Shown here in pieces: positions 9,484 to 19,867 of a stretch of 64,000 bases of DNA (the stretch's first letter is position 1; every line of letters starts with the position of its first letter). This DNA is from an uncultured Gemmatimonadales bacterium (lineage in GTDB: Bacteria; Gemmatimonadota; Gemmatimonadetes; Gemmatimonadales; GWC2-71-9). Below the pieces are notes generated by a model. That model ran no database searches, was not told the DNA's origin, and saw nothing but the letters and a program-made list of their open reading frames with translations. The position numbers and the translations under genes were made by a program. The DNA lies in contig CAVOOB010000002.1 of NCBI GenBank assembly GCA_963697435.1, forward strand, positions 587,681 through 651,680, read 5' to 3'.

Positions 9484-9680
9484 AATGAACCCGACCGGGC
9501 CGCGGTCGGAGGTCTCGATTTCATCGCAGCACCCTCGTGTGGTTTTCTCCCGCCGGCTTGTCCGGCGTATCCGCAGTCGCATTCCCCAACTCGGCGCTTG
9601 AGGCGCAAGGAGGGAAGCGCGTGCATTTCGTTGTTCGATTCGCAGGCAACACTGGGTTCACACCTTTGGAGGACGTGTCC

Positions 9681-12600
9681 ATGAAGCAAAGTTGTGTGAG
9701 CGCCTTCACCCGTGCGGCGCGCTATATCGCGCTGACGGCAGTCGTTCTGGCGACGGGAGCCTCGACGCTCTTCGCCCAGGCCTCGACTGGTAAGATTGAA
9801 GGCAAGGTGCGCGACCAGCAGGGCGCGCCAATCGCGAACGTGCAGGTCATCATCGTCGGCACCAAGTTCGGTGCACAGACCAACGCCGACGGCTACTACT
9901 TCATCAACCTTGTGCCCGCCGGTTCCGTCACGCTGCAGGCCTCGTTCATCGGCTACAAGAAGACGCAGGTCACCGACCTTCGCGTTCTCTCCGGCCAGAC
10001 GATCACGGCCGACATCACGATGGAGTCCACGCCGGTCGAGGTGACCGAGATTACGGTCGTCGCGGCGCAGAACGAATTGGTCCCCCGAGACGCGGTCACC
10101 ACGAAGCAGAGCGTCCAGGGTACCTACACGGACAAGCTGCCGGTCGACCGGATCTCGAACGCCCTCGCGCTGCAGCCGGGTGTCGTGGCCAGCACGGGTG
10201 GCACGACGCTCTCGATTCGCGGCGGCCGGACGGACGAACAGGCCACCTACGTCGACGGCGTGCCCACCGGCGCCGGCAACCGCGGCGGCGGATTCGTCAC
10301 TGCGGGCGGCAACCAGCTCCAGATCGGCACCAACGGCTTCGAAGACGCCTCCATCACCACGGGCGCCTCCTCCGCGGCCTTCGGTGGTGCGCAGTCCGGC
10401 ATCATTTCGATCTCGACCCGGACCGGCGGCGACAAGTTCAGCGGCGCGGTCGGCTATGAGTCCGACGGGCTCCTCGGCAACAGCGTGAGCCTCGGCTTCA
10501 ACCGCGTCACCGCCAGTCTTGGCGGCCCGATCGTCAACAACCTGTCGTTCTTCATCAGCGGCGCGCTCGAAGGGTACGCGAGCCAGGGTGCGGGCCAGAA
10601 TCGCGCCAATTCGCCGTACTTCTCGCGGGCAGGCACCGACACGGTCGTGGCCGTCCCGAGCGCTCTCGGCGACCCGGTCTCCGACACGGCGTACGTCGCC
10701 GTCGACCAGTTCGCCGTCTACACCGGCAAGTGCGACGAGACCATGACGTACGCCGGGATCAACATCCAGAACAGCAGCAATCCTGACATTGCCAACAACT
10801 ACGGCCTCGACTGCCAGGGGATCCGCCTGCCGGGAACCGCGAACTCGAACTACGCGATCCAGGGCAAGCTGAACTACACCTACGGCACCGGCTCGCGCAT
10901 CTTCCTGAGCGCGAACGCCAGTCAGGCCCAGGGGCGCAATTTCACCTACGCGAACCTGTACAACCCGCAGCAGATCTTCGGGAACAACGGCAAGAACAAC
11001 GTCTACACCCTTGGCTGGACGCAGAACCTGGCCAAGTCGTCGGCGCGCGCCCTGGCGCTCGACGTGTCGTTGTCCTACCAGACGGACGAATTCATCCAGT
11101 CGCCGCTGACCCGGCAGTCGGAAGTCGACAGCCGCAGTCCGTGGGGCGGCTTCATGATCTCGCCGCTGGATTTCCAGTTCGATTTCGACAACTTCCCGCT
11201 GAACCAGGAACTGCTCGATAACTTCCAGCAGAACAAGGCGGGCAGCCGGCGCTCTCCGTACGACCTCGAGAACACCGCGCAGTACGCCCTGGTCGACAAG
11301 TGGCGGAACAACGCCTACGGCCTCCTCGGCTTCTCCGAGGCCGGTGGCCCGACGGGCCGGCTCTTCCTGAACCAGGAAAACCGCTTCATCGGCGCGGCGG
11401 CCCTCGACTGGCAGGTCGACCGCTACAACCGCCTCAAGATCGGTGGCGGCTTCACCAACTTCGACATCAAGTCGTACTCGTCGCAGCTGGTCAGCCAGGC
11501 CTTCTCGGATTTCTATATGGAGAAGCCGACCTCGTGGACTGGTTACGCCGAAGACCGCCTCGACCTCGGTGACGTGGTCCTCGTGGCGGGCCTCCGGTAC
11601 GACTACTACAACTCGAATGCCTCACACCCGCAGTACTGCGACTCCACCGGGTGCCAGCCGACCGTCCGTATCTCGAGCAATCCGCTCTGGGATCCGAACG
11701 ACGTGCAGGGCTCGCTCGACACCATTTACACCCCGGACTCGTCGCACGACTACCTGTCGCCGCACATCCAGGTGTCCTTCCCGGTGAGCGACCGCACCAA
11801 CATGCGGTTCTCCTATGCCCACCAGGTCCAGCCACCGGACTTCGCGCTGGTGCTCGGCGGGATCAACACCGACCTGGCCGTGACGAACACCAACCACGTC
11901 TACGGGTCGGACCTCGACTTCGGCACGACGATCACCTTCGAGTTCGGCATCCGGCACGCCTTCTCGGATGACTTCGTGCTCGACTTCTCGGCCTATAACC
12001 GCGACGCCCAGTCCAACCAGGCTGGCCGTCTGCTCTCGCTGTACGATCCGCTCAAGCTGCAGAATCAGGACGTCCGGATGATGACCAACCAGGACTACGG
12101 CAACTACCGTGGTTTTGACATCCGGATCGACAAGCGGATCGGGAGCCTGTTCAACGGCACGCTGGCGTATTCCTTCAGCGACGCCAAGAACACCGGCTCG
12201 GATCCGTTCACCTACATCAACTTCGGTTCACGGATCGTCAACCAGATCAGCGGTGGTAACGACCCGCCGCCGTCGGCCTACCTGCCGACGACCTACACCC
12301 GGCCGCACAACCTGGCCGGCTCGTTCTCCATGACCTTCCCGAACGAGTGGAACGCCGGGTCGACGATGGGCAGCATCCTCGAGAACGTCGGCATCTTCGC
12401 CACGTTCCGTGTGGCCAGCGGCACGGCCTACACCCGCTGCCCGGTGGAAACCGGCAACGAGTCGGTCATCTCCCCGGGCGTCTGCGCCCGGCAGTTCGAG
12501 GGCGACGTCAACGGCTCGCGGCTGCCCACCTTCCGGAACACCGACCTTCGGGTCACCAAGGGCTTCCGGTTTGGCGGCGTGGACCTGACGGGGTACGTCG

Positions 12601-12998
12601 ACGTCCGCAACCTGTTCAACTTCACCAACACCACCCAGGTCTTCGCCGAGAACAACAGCATCGAGAACACGGTGGAGCTCGACGAGACCTGGTCGGGCGA
12701 CTCCGCGGGGTACGCGGATGAAGCCAGGGCGTCGGCGGCCTATGACGCCAGTTCCGGCGACATGTTCCTGCCCAGCACGGGCGGTTGCGGTAACTGGGTG
12801 ACCCAGGACGGCAAGGCGGCCGCGCCGAACTGCGTGTACCTGATCCGGGCCGAAGAGCGTTTCGGTAACGGTGACGGCACGTTCACGCAGGCGGAACAGC
12901 GCCGCGCGTCGGAGGCGAATTACTACACGAACCGCAGCGAAGCGAGCTTCACGGCCGCCCCGCGGCGGATCCGACTCGGCTTGGAGTTGAATTTCTAA
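9681..12998 (+). CDS. TonB-dependent receptor with N-terminal carboxypeptidase-regulatory-like domain
   Basis: GGAGGA RBS, signal peptide LFA/Q, GKIEGKVRD...TNADGYYFI, plug motif LSIRGGRTDEQATYVDGV, AGLRYDYY, C-terminal PRRIRLGLELNF. Confidence 0.92.
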   Translation: MKQSCVSAFTRAARYIALTAVVLATGASTLFAQASTGKIEGKVRDQQGAPIANVQVIIVGTKFGAQTNADGYYFINLVPAGSVTLQASFIGYKKTQVTDLRVLSGQTITADITMESTPVEVTEITVVAAQNELVPRDAVTTKQSVQGTYTDKLPVDRISNALALQPGVVASTGGTTLSIRGGRTDEQATYVDGVPTGAGNRGGGFVTAGGNQLQIGTNGFEDASITTGASSAAFGGAQSGIISISTRTGGDKFSGAVGYESDGLLGNSVSLGFNRVTASLGGPIVNNLSFFISGALEGYASQGAGQNRANSPYFSRAGTDTVVAVPSALGDPVSDTAYVAVDQFAVYTGKCDETMTYAGINIQNSSNPDIANNYGLDCQGIRLPGTANSNYAIQGKLNYTYGTGSRIFLSANASQAQGRNFTYANLYNPQQIFGNNGKNNVYTLGWTQNLAKSSARALALDVSLSYQTDEFIQSPLTRQSEVDSRSPWGGFMISPLDFQFDFDNFPLNQELLDNFQQNKAGSRRSPYDLENTAQYALVDKWRNNAYGLLGFSEAGGPTGRLFLNQENRFIGAAALDWQVDRYNRLKIGGGFTNFDIKSYSSQLVSQAFSDFYMEKPTSWTGYAEDRLDLGDVVLVAGLRYDYYNSNASHPQYCDSTGCQPTVRISSNPLWDPNDVQGSLDTIYTPDSSHDYLSPHIQVSFPVSDRTNMRFSYAHQVQPPDFALVLGGINTDLAVTNTNHVYGSDLDFGTTITFEFGIRHAFSDDFVLDFSAYNRDAQSNQAGRLLSLYDPLKLQNQDVRMMTNQDYGNYRGFDIRIDKRIGSLFNGTLAYSFSDAKNTGSDPFTYINFGSRIVNQISGGNDPPPSAYLPTTYTRPHNLAGSFSMTFPNEWNAGSTMGSILENVGIFATFRVASGTAYTRCPVETGNESVISPGVCARQFEGDVNGSRLPTFRNTDLRVTKGFRFGGVDLTGYVDVRNLFNFTNTTQVFAENNSIENTVELDETWSGDSAGYADEARASAAYDASSGDMFLPSTGGCGNWVTQDGKAAAPNCVYLIRAEERFGNGDGTFTQAEQRRASEANYYTNRSEASFTAAPRRIRLGLELNF

Positions 12999-13010
12999 CG
13001 TGAATGATCC

Positions 13011-13062
13011 ACGGTGGATGAGGGGGCGGCGCGCCGAACGGCGCCGCTCCCGCATCTCACCG
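13011..13062 (+). promoter_or_regulatory. Intercistronic stem-loop without U-tract
   Basis: CGGTG/CACCG, GATG/CATC and GGGGGCGGCGC/GCGCCGCTCCC nested pairings. Confidence 0.55.
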
Positions 13063-13089
13063 AACAGTATTCATCTGAGAGAGGATGCA

Positions 13090-16000
13090 ATGCACTCACC
13101 ATTCCGTAAGAGGGGCGTCATTCTGGCAAGCCTGCTGGCGCTTGCGCTGGCGGCGGCGCTGCCGTCGCACGCGTCGGCTGAGCCGGAGCCGGGAGCCAAG
13201 AAGGCCACTGGATTTCGGCTCTTCGCCCGGCCGCTGGGCGCCATGACTATCAACCGGATCTATTGCGGCCTGTCATCCGACGGCCAGATCTGCGTTGACT
13301 CGACCAACTCGTCCACCATCGGTGGCGGCTACTGGCCGAAGGGCACCGCCGACCAGTACATCTTCAACACCGGCCTCCAGTTGGCCGGCATCGTGGGTAC
13401 GGACGGTGGTCCCTGGGCCGGCGATACCACGGGCGCGTTCTTCTTCGACCCGAAGGGCACGACCCAGCACGGCACCCAGGTGGAACCGATCTACAACATG
13501 GCCGGCACCGCGGATTACAACACGGTGTGCAACCCGGACGTGACCGACGTCTGCCAGGGCGGCAGTATCGATGCGGCCTTTGTCCCCTTCGGGGACGAGT
13601 CGGCCGACATCTTCAGCAGCCTGCTGACCGGCAGCCCCGGCAACCGCAAGGCGCAGGCGTCGCAGGGTGACGTCTGGTGGATGTCCTGGGACGGCGACCC
13701 GGCACTGAACGCCGGCCGCAGCCACCCGCTCGGCGTCGTCGTCGAGACCCGCGGCATGGGGTGGAACTTCCCGTCGGGCAACGAAGACATCATCTACTTC
13801 ATCTATACGTTCTATAACATCACGACGACCAACCCGGCCGACTACGCCGCCGTCCGGCCGGAAATGCAGTCCATCCTGCTCGACAAGGCGCAGGAGTTCC
13901 AGGCCAAGAACAACGCCACGTTCGGCGTCAACCTGCCGACGGGCGGCTACACGATCGATGACCTGTACGCCGCGTTCGGCACCGACATGGACGTGGCCTC
14001 GGCCGGCACCAACTACGCCAGTGTCAACCTGCCGTTCGCGCTGGGTTACACCTACGTGCAGAGCTTCGCGGGTACGACCGGGTGGACCTTCGATCCGGGC
14101 GGCACCACCTTCCAGGCGCCGTTCTTCGAGGGTGCCGGCTTTGCGGGCATCAAGTACCTGAAGAGCCCGGCCGGTCCAGGCGCCATTCAGCTCTACTCCA
14201 ACACCATCAACGGCTCGCCGTTCCCGGGGGCGTTCAACGACCCGCAGAACACCATCCAGCTCTGGCGCTACCTGTCGGGCAACATTTCGGTGCCGGCCGG
14301 CGACCAGCCGTGCAACACCGGCAACCCGACCGTCAGCAAGATCTGCTGGATCAACAACACCACGGCCGCCGACATGCGGTTCTACCAGTCCTCCACCGGC
14401 TTCTCACTGCCGCCGGGCGGGCAGGGCTCCATCGTCGTCGCGTACATCTTCGCGGCGCCCGTAGCGGTCCCCGGCTGTCCCGCCGGTGGCGCGGTCTGCG
14501 GTGGCGGCAACCTCAAGCCGGGTAACCCGACCATCCTCGGAGATCCCGTTGCCATGGCGGGTGGCGTCAACCTGGTCGACAGCATCTCCGGGTACATCAG
14601 CGCCACCGACCTCGACGGGAGCGGCGTGTACGAACAGGCGGGCACCATGGGGCCGGAATGGACCGTGGTACCGGGCTCGCTCCTCGGCAAGTCCTACACG
14701 GCGCAAGCGGTGTTCGACGCCGGGTTCCTCCTTCCGTTCGCCCCGGTTCCGCCATCGTTCTTCCTGATTCCAGGTGACAATCAGGTGACGATCATGTGGC
14801 AGCCGTCGACGTCGGAAATCGAAGGCGACCCCTACTATTCGATCGCCTCCGACCCCGCCAGCGCGCTTTACGACCCGAACTATCGTCAGTTCGACGTCGA
14901 GGGCTATCGGATCTATCGGGGCCGCACCGACAACCCCGACGGTCTGTCGCTCATCGCATCCTTTGACTATACCGGCACCGTCTTCAATGACTACGACGGC
15001 GTGATCAATCCGGTGAAGACCTGCGCACCGGAACTCCTGATCCCGGACCCGATGGCGACGCCGGACTGCCCGGTGCTCTTCGATCCCGTCGCGCCGGGTG
15101 TGCCACGTACCACGGCCAATACGGTCAATATCGTGAGCCCGTTCGTCACGACGAAGTTCGGCGGCCGGCTTGAACTGGCCACCGGCGACGCGATCCTGAC
15201 CCAGGTGGACACCGTGGTGACCGGCGGGGCCTCCGGCCTTCCGCCGATGACCAACAGCGGCGTCCCGTTCGTGTTCGTGGATAACGGGGTGCGCAACAAC
15301 TTCCGTTACTTCTACGTGGTCACCGCGTACGACGTGAACTCGTGGTCTTCGGGTCCGACCAGCCTCGAGTCGCCGAAGGCGTCGACCATCTCGGTCACGC
15401 CGCAGGCACCGGCGTCCAACTACGAGAACAGCGCCGTCCTGAGCAGCGGCATCTATGGCCGTGATGTGGCGCTGGACTACCAGGCGCCGTTCCCGGCCAT
15501 CGATGGCAGCCACGGGCCGGTTTCGCCGGCCCGATGCCGGCGGCCGACGCCTGGACGGTGGGCTTCCAGGACTTCGTCCAGCAGGTCATCAGCGCGCCGG
15601 GCAACTTCGCGGTGAAGCTCGACAGCATCACCCTGGGGTCGTCGTACGACGGCATCCCGGTGGAGTACCACATGACCGCCGTCAGCGGTCCCAACTCCGA
15701 GTCGTTCACCGTTTCCATGGCGCAGGTTTCCACGGAAGGCACGGTCACGGCCTCGGGAGCGTTCAACGCGGTCCAGATCGACGGCACCCTCGCGTCGATT
15801 TACGGAGGAAACAGCAACTACTTCCTCAAGGGCGAAGCCAGCATGACGCTGTATGGCACCTACCACACCGGCGGGTACGGCCGTGGTTGCGTCAACAGCG
15901 CCACCGGCTTCGGCAGCACCCGCGAGTGCGCCTACAACGGCCCACGCTGGTTTGCCGGCCCGTCGCCGCAGAACAACGAGACGAAGGTGGACCCGCAGGC

Positions 16001-17110
16001 TACGGCAACCCCGCCAACTTCACCACGCAGACGGTGGATGTGACGCTGCCGCTCAGCGCCGGCTGGAACAACGCCGGCGAACTCCCGGGCGTCCTCGTGG
16101 TCCACAACCCGCAGTCGTATGAGACCATCCAGACGACCTTCCGCCAGATCGAAGGGATCGGGTCGGGAGCCAAGCGGGCGGCGGATTACAACGTCTACTG
16201 GGGCGCAGCCGGCAAGGTTGACTCGGTGATCGACATCACGCACAATGTGCCGGTGCCGTTCAACGCCAACACCTACCGTGGCGGCTGGGGTATCCTGAAC
16301 GCCGCGGCGGCGAACAACCTGACCAGCTACGACACCCGGCTGCAGCTCACCTATGCTGACGTCGGCTGCGTGGAACCGTATAAGTCGATCGCCGGCGCGC
16401 AGGCACTGATACCCTGCCCCGGTCCGGCGTACGCGCTCAGCCAGACGGCCATTCCCGGCCCGACGGCGTTCATCACGACCTCGTTCGCCAACGCCACCTG
16501 GGGCGCCAAGAACGCGCCCGTCGCCGCCAACCCGGGCTTCATCATGCTGCTCGGTGGCGAGATCTACCAGTTCATGCTCGATGCCGCCGGCACGCTGCCG
16601 GCCGCGGGCACGGTCTGGTCGGCGCGTGACTACATCGGCGCCATCCAGGGCGGTAACGGATTCGGCGGCAACTACGGGCCGTACATCTTCACCACGGCGA
16701 GCGGAGACGATCCCAGCAAGCCGACCCGGACCTTCAGCGCGGTTGGTGCGGAGCTTCGTGCCAACTACGATGTTGTGAACCAGGTCAACTCGGTGTCGAA
16801 CCTCGACCTGACCAAGATCCACACGGTGCCGGATCCCTACTACGTCACGAATGAGTACGAAGTCGACTACACGTCGAAGATCATCAAGTTCGTGAATCTT
16901 CCGACGCAAGCGACGATCCGTATTTACTCGTCGAGCGGCATTCTGGTCCGGGTGTTGAATTATGAGTCCGCCGAACTGGGCGGCATGCTGGACTGGAACG
17001 TCCGTAACCGGAACAACCAGGTTGTCGCAAGTGGAGTGTACTTCTATCACGTCGAATCGGGCGATGCGCGCTTCATCGGGCGCATGACCATCGTCAACTT
17101 CGCCAAGTAG
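13090..17110 (+). CDS. Large secreted protein (~1340 aa) with FN3-like domain and T9SS-type/FlgD-like C-terminal domain; frameshifted near 15505, 15521 and 16000
   Basis: Signal peptide; FN3-like PGDNQVTIMW...EGYRIYR...FVDNGVRNNFRYFYVVTAYD; C-terminus IHTVPDPY...IKFVNLPTQATIRIYSSSGILVRVL...WNVRNRNNQVVASGVYFYHVE...GRMTIV. ORFs 13000, 15534 and 15455 join with consistent codon usage. Confidence 0.78.
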
Positions 17111-17171
17111 CCACGCCGGGGGTGGGGGGAACATCTCCCCCCACATCCCGCATCCAGGAGACAGAATACTT

Positions 17172-18293
17172 ATGAAGCGGCACACTGCGCATGGGTTGGC
17201 CCTGGCGGCGCTGCTGATCGGCGGGTTGCCCGTGGCCCTTGCGGCCCAGGCATCCGAGATCAACGCGGACAACACGCCATACGGTACGACGTCGGGAGAG
17301 TTCCTTCTCCTCGGCGCCAGTGCCCGAGGCGCCGCCCTCGGCAACGCCTTTCAGGCGATCGCCAACGACGTTTCGGCCCTCTATTACAATCCGGCTGGCG
17401 TCGCCATGATGGAGCGCCCCGGAGTCCTCATCTCGACCTATTCGTACGTGGCCAACACCACGTACAGCTGGGGTGGTATGGCCTTCCCGTTCTCGGGCGG
17501 TGCCCGGGCGGTCGGCCTCCACCTCGGGACCTTCGGGTTCAAGGACCAGCCGGAATACACGGTCGAGCTCCCTGACGGCACCGGCGGCGTCTATTCCGTC
17601 AGCGAATCGTATCTCGGCCTCACCTATGCCGAAAACTTCTCGGATCGCTTCTCGGCCGGTATCACCGCCAAGGGCGTCTTCGATCAGCTCGGCGAGGTCA
17701 GCGGGAGCGCGTTCGCGGTGGACTTCGGCACCAATTTCCATTCGGCGCTGAACAATCACCCGATCAAGTTCTCGTTCGTCATCCAGAACCTCGGCACCAA
17801 CCTGAGCTACAGCGGCGACGCGCTGAACGTGGGCGTTCCGCGGACTCCGGTCGAGGGCGAAGATGACGTGCCGAACAACCCACAGCCGGGATCCTACCGG
17901 ACCAAGGCGTTCGCGCTGCCGACCACCTTCACGGTGGCCGTGGCCTACGACATCATCGCCAAGGCCAACACCCGGTGGACCATCCTGGCCGACTTCAACC
18001 AGCCGAACAACACCAGCGCTGGCTACGTCTTCGGCACGGAGTTCGCCTTCCCGCAGATGGGTGGCAGCAACTTCAACGGCTCGGTCCGCGGCAGCTACAG
18101 CTATGCCTCGGCCAACTCCGGTCAGGACGTGAGCGGCAGCCAGCTGAACGAAGAGCAGAGCTACCAGGGCACGGCCTTCGGCGGCGGGCTCAGCTACACG
18201 ACGGAGTCGTTTAACCTCGGGTTCGACTATGCCTGGAAGTACATGGGCATCCTCGGCTCGACCAACTTCTTCACGTTCAGCATCGGCTGGTAA
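17172..18293 (+). CDS. PorV/PorQ (UPF0164)-family outer-membrane beta-barrel
   Basis: Signal peptide LAA/Q; EFLLLGASARGAALGNAFQAIANDVSALYYNPAG (FadL/PorV N-terminal motif); AFAVDFG; aromatic C-terminus FTFSIGW. Confidence 0.85.
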   Translation: MKRHTAHGLALAALLIGGLPVALAAQASEINADNTPYGTTSGEFLLLGASARGAALGNAFQAIANDVSALYYNPAGVAMMERPGVLISTYSYVANTTYSWGGMAFPFSGGARAVGLHLGTFGFKDQPEYTVELPDGTGGVYSVSESYLGLTYAENFSDRFSAGITAKGVFDQLGEVSGSAFAVDFGTNFHSALNNHPIKFSFVIQNLGTNLSYSGDALNVGVPRTPVEGEDDVPNNPQPGSYRTKAFALPTTFTVAVAYDIIAKANTRWTILADFNQPNNTSAGYVFGTEFAFPQMGGSNFNGSVRGSYSYASANSGQDVSGSQLNEEQSYQGTAFGGGLSYTTESFNLGFDYAWKYMGILGSTNFFTFSIGW

Positions 18294-18343
18294 TCGGCGT
18301 GATGCGACGGCAGCGACTCCGGTTGCTGCCGCCCAGGAGCATA

Positions 18344-19783
18344 ATGGTTCGTTGGTTTTCGCTGGCCCTGGCGGCCGGCGTCCTCGTCGCCCCGACCCGG
18401 ATCGGGGAGCGACAAGCCGAAGATGTGATGGCGGTCCGGGCGGTTCGGTTTTACCGGGCCGATAGCCGCCAGACATTGGTCAAGGCGTTCGTCCAGATTC
18501 CGTACGTCGGGTTCTCCAACGACGGCGGCAGCGAAACCAGGAACCAGGTTACGTACTTCGTGACCGTGAAGGTGTCCGACTCGACTGGGCTCGGACTGTT
18601 GCAGGAGGGTTGGACCAACCACGTCGCGAGGGCCCTGGCGGTTCCGGGCGTGGTCGGGTTGGAAATGCTGGAGTTCCCTGTCCTCCCCGGCCAGTACGTG
18701 CTGGACGTGACCGTGGAAGACAGTGTGACGGGGTGGAAGGCATTCGCCACCACCGCCATCGAGGGATTCCGGTCGCCGCCACCGGTGTCAGACCTGCTGC
18801 TCTCTCCGGAAATTCGGATGGCAGCCCCGGGAGACACGGTGCCACGGCCGGGAGAGTTGCGGATCGGGACGTTGCTGGTGACCGGGGCCGTCGAACTGCA
18901 CCTGACGCCGCTCGAGAGCCAGGCCTACTACCTGATCGAAGCGTACAGCGAAGCGGCAGCCAACGGCACGCTGTCGGCCACCATCCGCGACTCGCTGGGG
19001 AAGACGATCTTGAAGACGCCGCCGGCGGCGGTCAGCGTGCCAGCCGGGGGAGGAGTCCTGAAGGGTCAGCTGGACCTGACGGGGTTGCCCGAGGGAGAGT
19101 ACACCATGGCGGTGTCGGTGGACCTCGGTGGAGTCACGTCGGAACGGACGCAGCCATTTTCCATGGCGAATCTCGAGGAGACGCTCGCCAAGGAAGCGGC
19201 GAGGGTGGAGCAGGAACGACGGACCGATGCGGGCTACTTTGCCGCCATGAACGAGGCGCAGTTGGACAGCGCCGCCGGCCCGCTCCTCTACCTCGCGACG
19301 CCAGACGACGGGCTGAACTTGTACAAGGACCTGAGCGTCGACGCGAAGCGCCGTTGGCTGACGGAATTCTGGACTCGCCGGGACTTGAGTCCCGGGGTGG
19401 CACGGAACGAGACGCGAGAGAATTTTTACGAGGCGGTCGCCTACGCCAACCGGCAGTTCAAGGTCGGCGGACGACGCACCACTCCAGGGTGGCGCACCGA
19501 CCGGGGCCGGATCTACGCGAAGTATGGCCCGTACGACGAATACCTCGACCGCGTGTCCCAGGGCCAGGCACCGCCCTACCAGGTCTGGCGATACACGCAG
19601 CAGAAGGACCGATATTTCATCTTTGTAGACCGGAACAATCTGGGCGAGTTCCTGTTGATTCACTCGAACGACCTCACCGAGGTCTCCAGGCCGGACTGGC
19701 AGGAAATCCTGACGGCCGATGGGGTGATTGATGTGGGGCGCTGGCTGGGCGTGAACTTCTTCCCGACATCGGGCGTCCAGTAA
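18344..19783 (+). CDS. GWxTD domain-containing exported protein
   Basis: AGGAG RBS; WLTEFWTRRD...NETRENFYEAVAYANRQF...PGWRTDRGRIYAKYGP...YQVWRY...YFIFVD. Confidence 0.9.
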   Translation: MVRWFSLALAAGVLVAPTRIGERQAEDVMAVRAVRFYRADSRQTLVKAFVQIPYVGFSNDGGSETRNQVTYFVTVKVSDSTGLGLLQEGWTNHVARALAVPGVVGLEMLEFPVLPGQYVLDVTVEDSVTGWKAFATTAIEGFRSPPPVSDLLLSPEIRMAAPGDTVPRPGELRIGTLLVTGAVELHLTPLESQAYYLIEAYSEAAANGTLSATIRDSLGKTILKTPPAAVSVPAGGGVLKGQLDLTGLPEGEYTMAVSVDLGGVTSERTQPFSMANLEETLAKEAARVEQERRTDAGYFAAMNEAQLDSAAGPLLYLATPDDGLNLYKDLSVDAKRRWLTEFWTRRDLSPGVARNETRENFYEAVAYANRQFKVGGRRTTPGWRTDRGRIYAKYGPYDEYLDRVSQGQAPPYQVWRYTQQKDRYFIFVDRNNLGEFLLIHSNDLTEVSRPDWQEILTADGVIDVGRWLGVNFFPTSGVQ

Positions 19784-19867
19784 TCAAGTTCTGACTTTCA
19801 AGGGAGTTTCACTGCAGGACGCCGGAAAGAGCCGCTTTCCACCGTCTTCCGAGAACGAGGTACAAGT

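Noticed and set aside
9490-9680. Cobalamin or TPP riboswitch ahead of the TonB-dependent receptor
   Set aside because: The B12-box and TPP core motifs could not be found in the right order.
13090-17110. Three separate genes, or programmed frameshifting giving forms with and without the CTD
   Set aside because: No slippery heptamer, and no RBS or signal peptide on the downstream pieces; the indel pattern matches errors elsewhere in the window.
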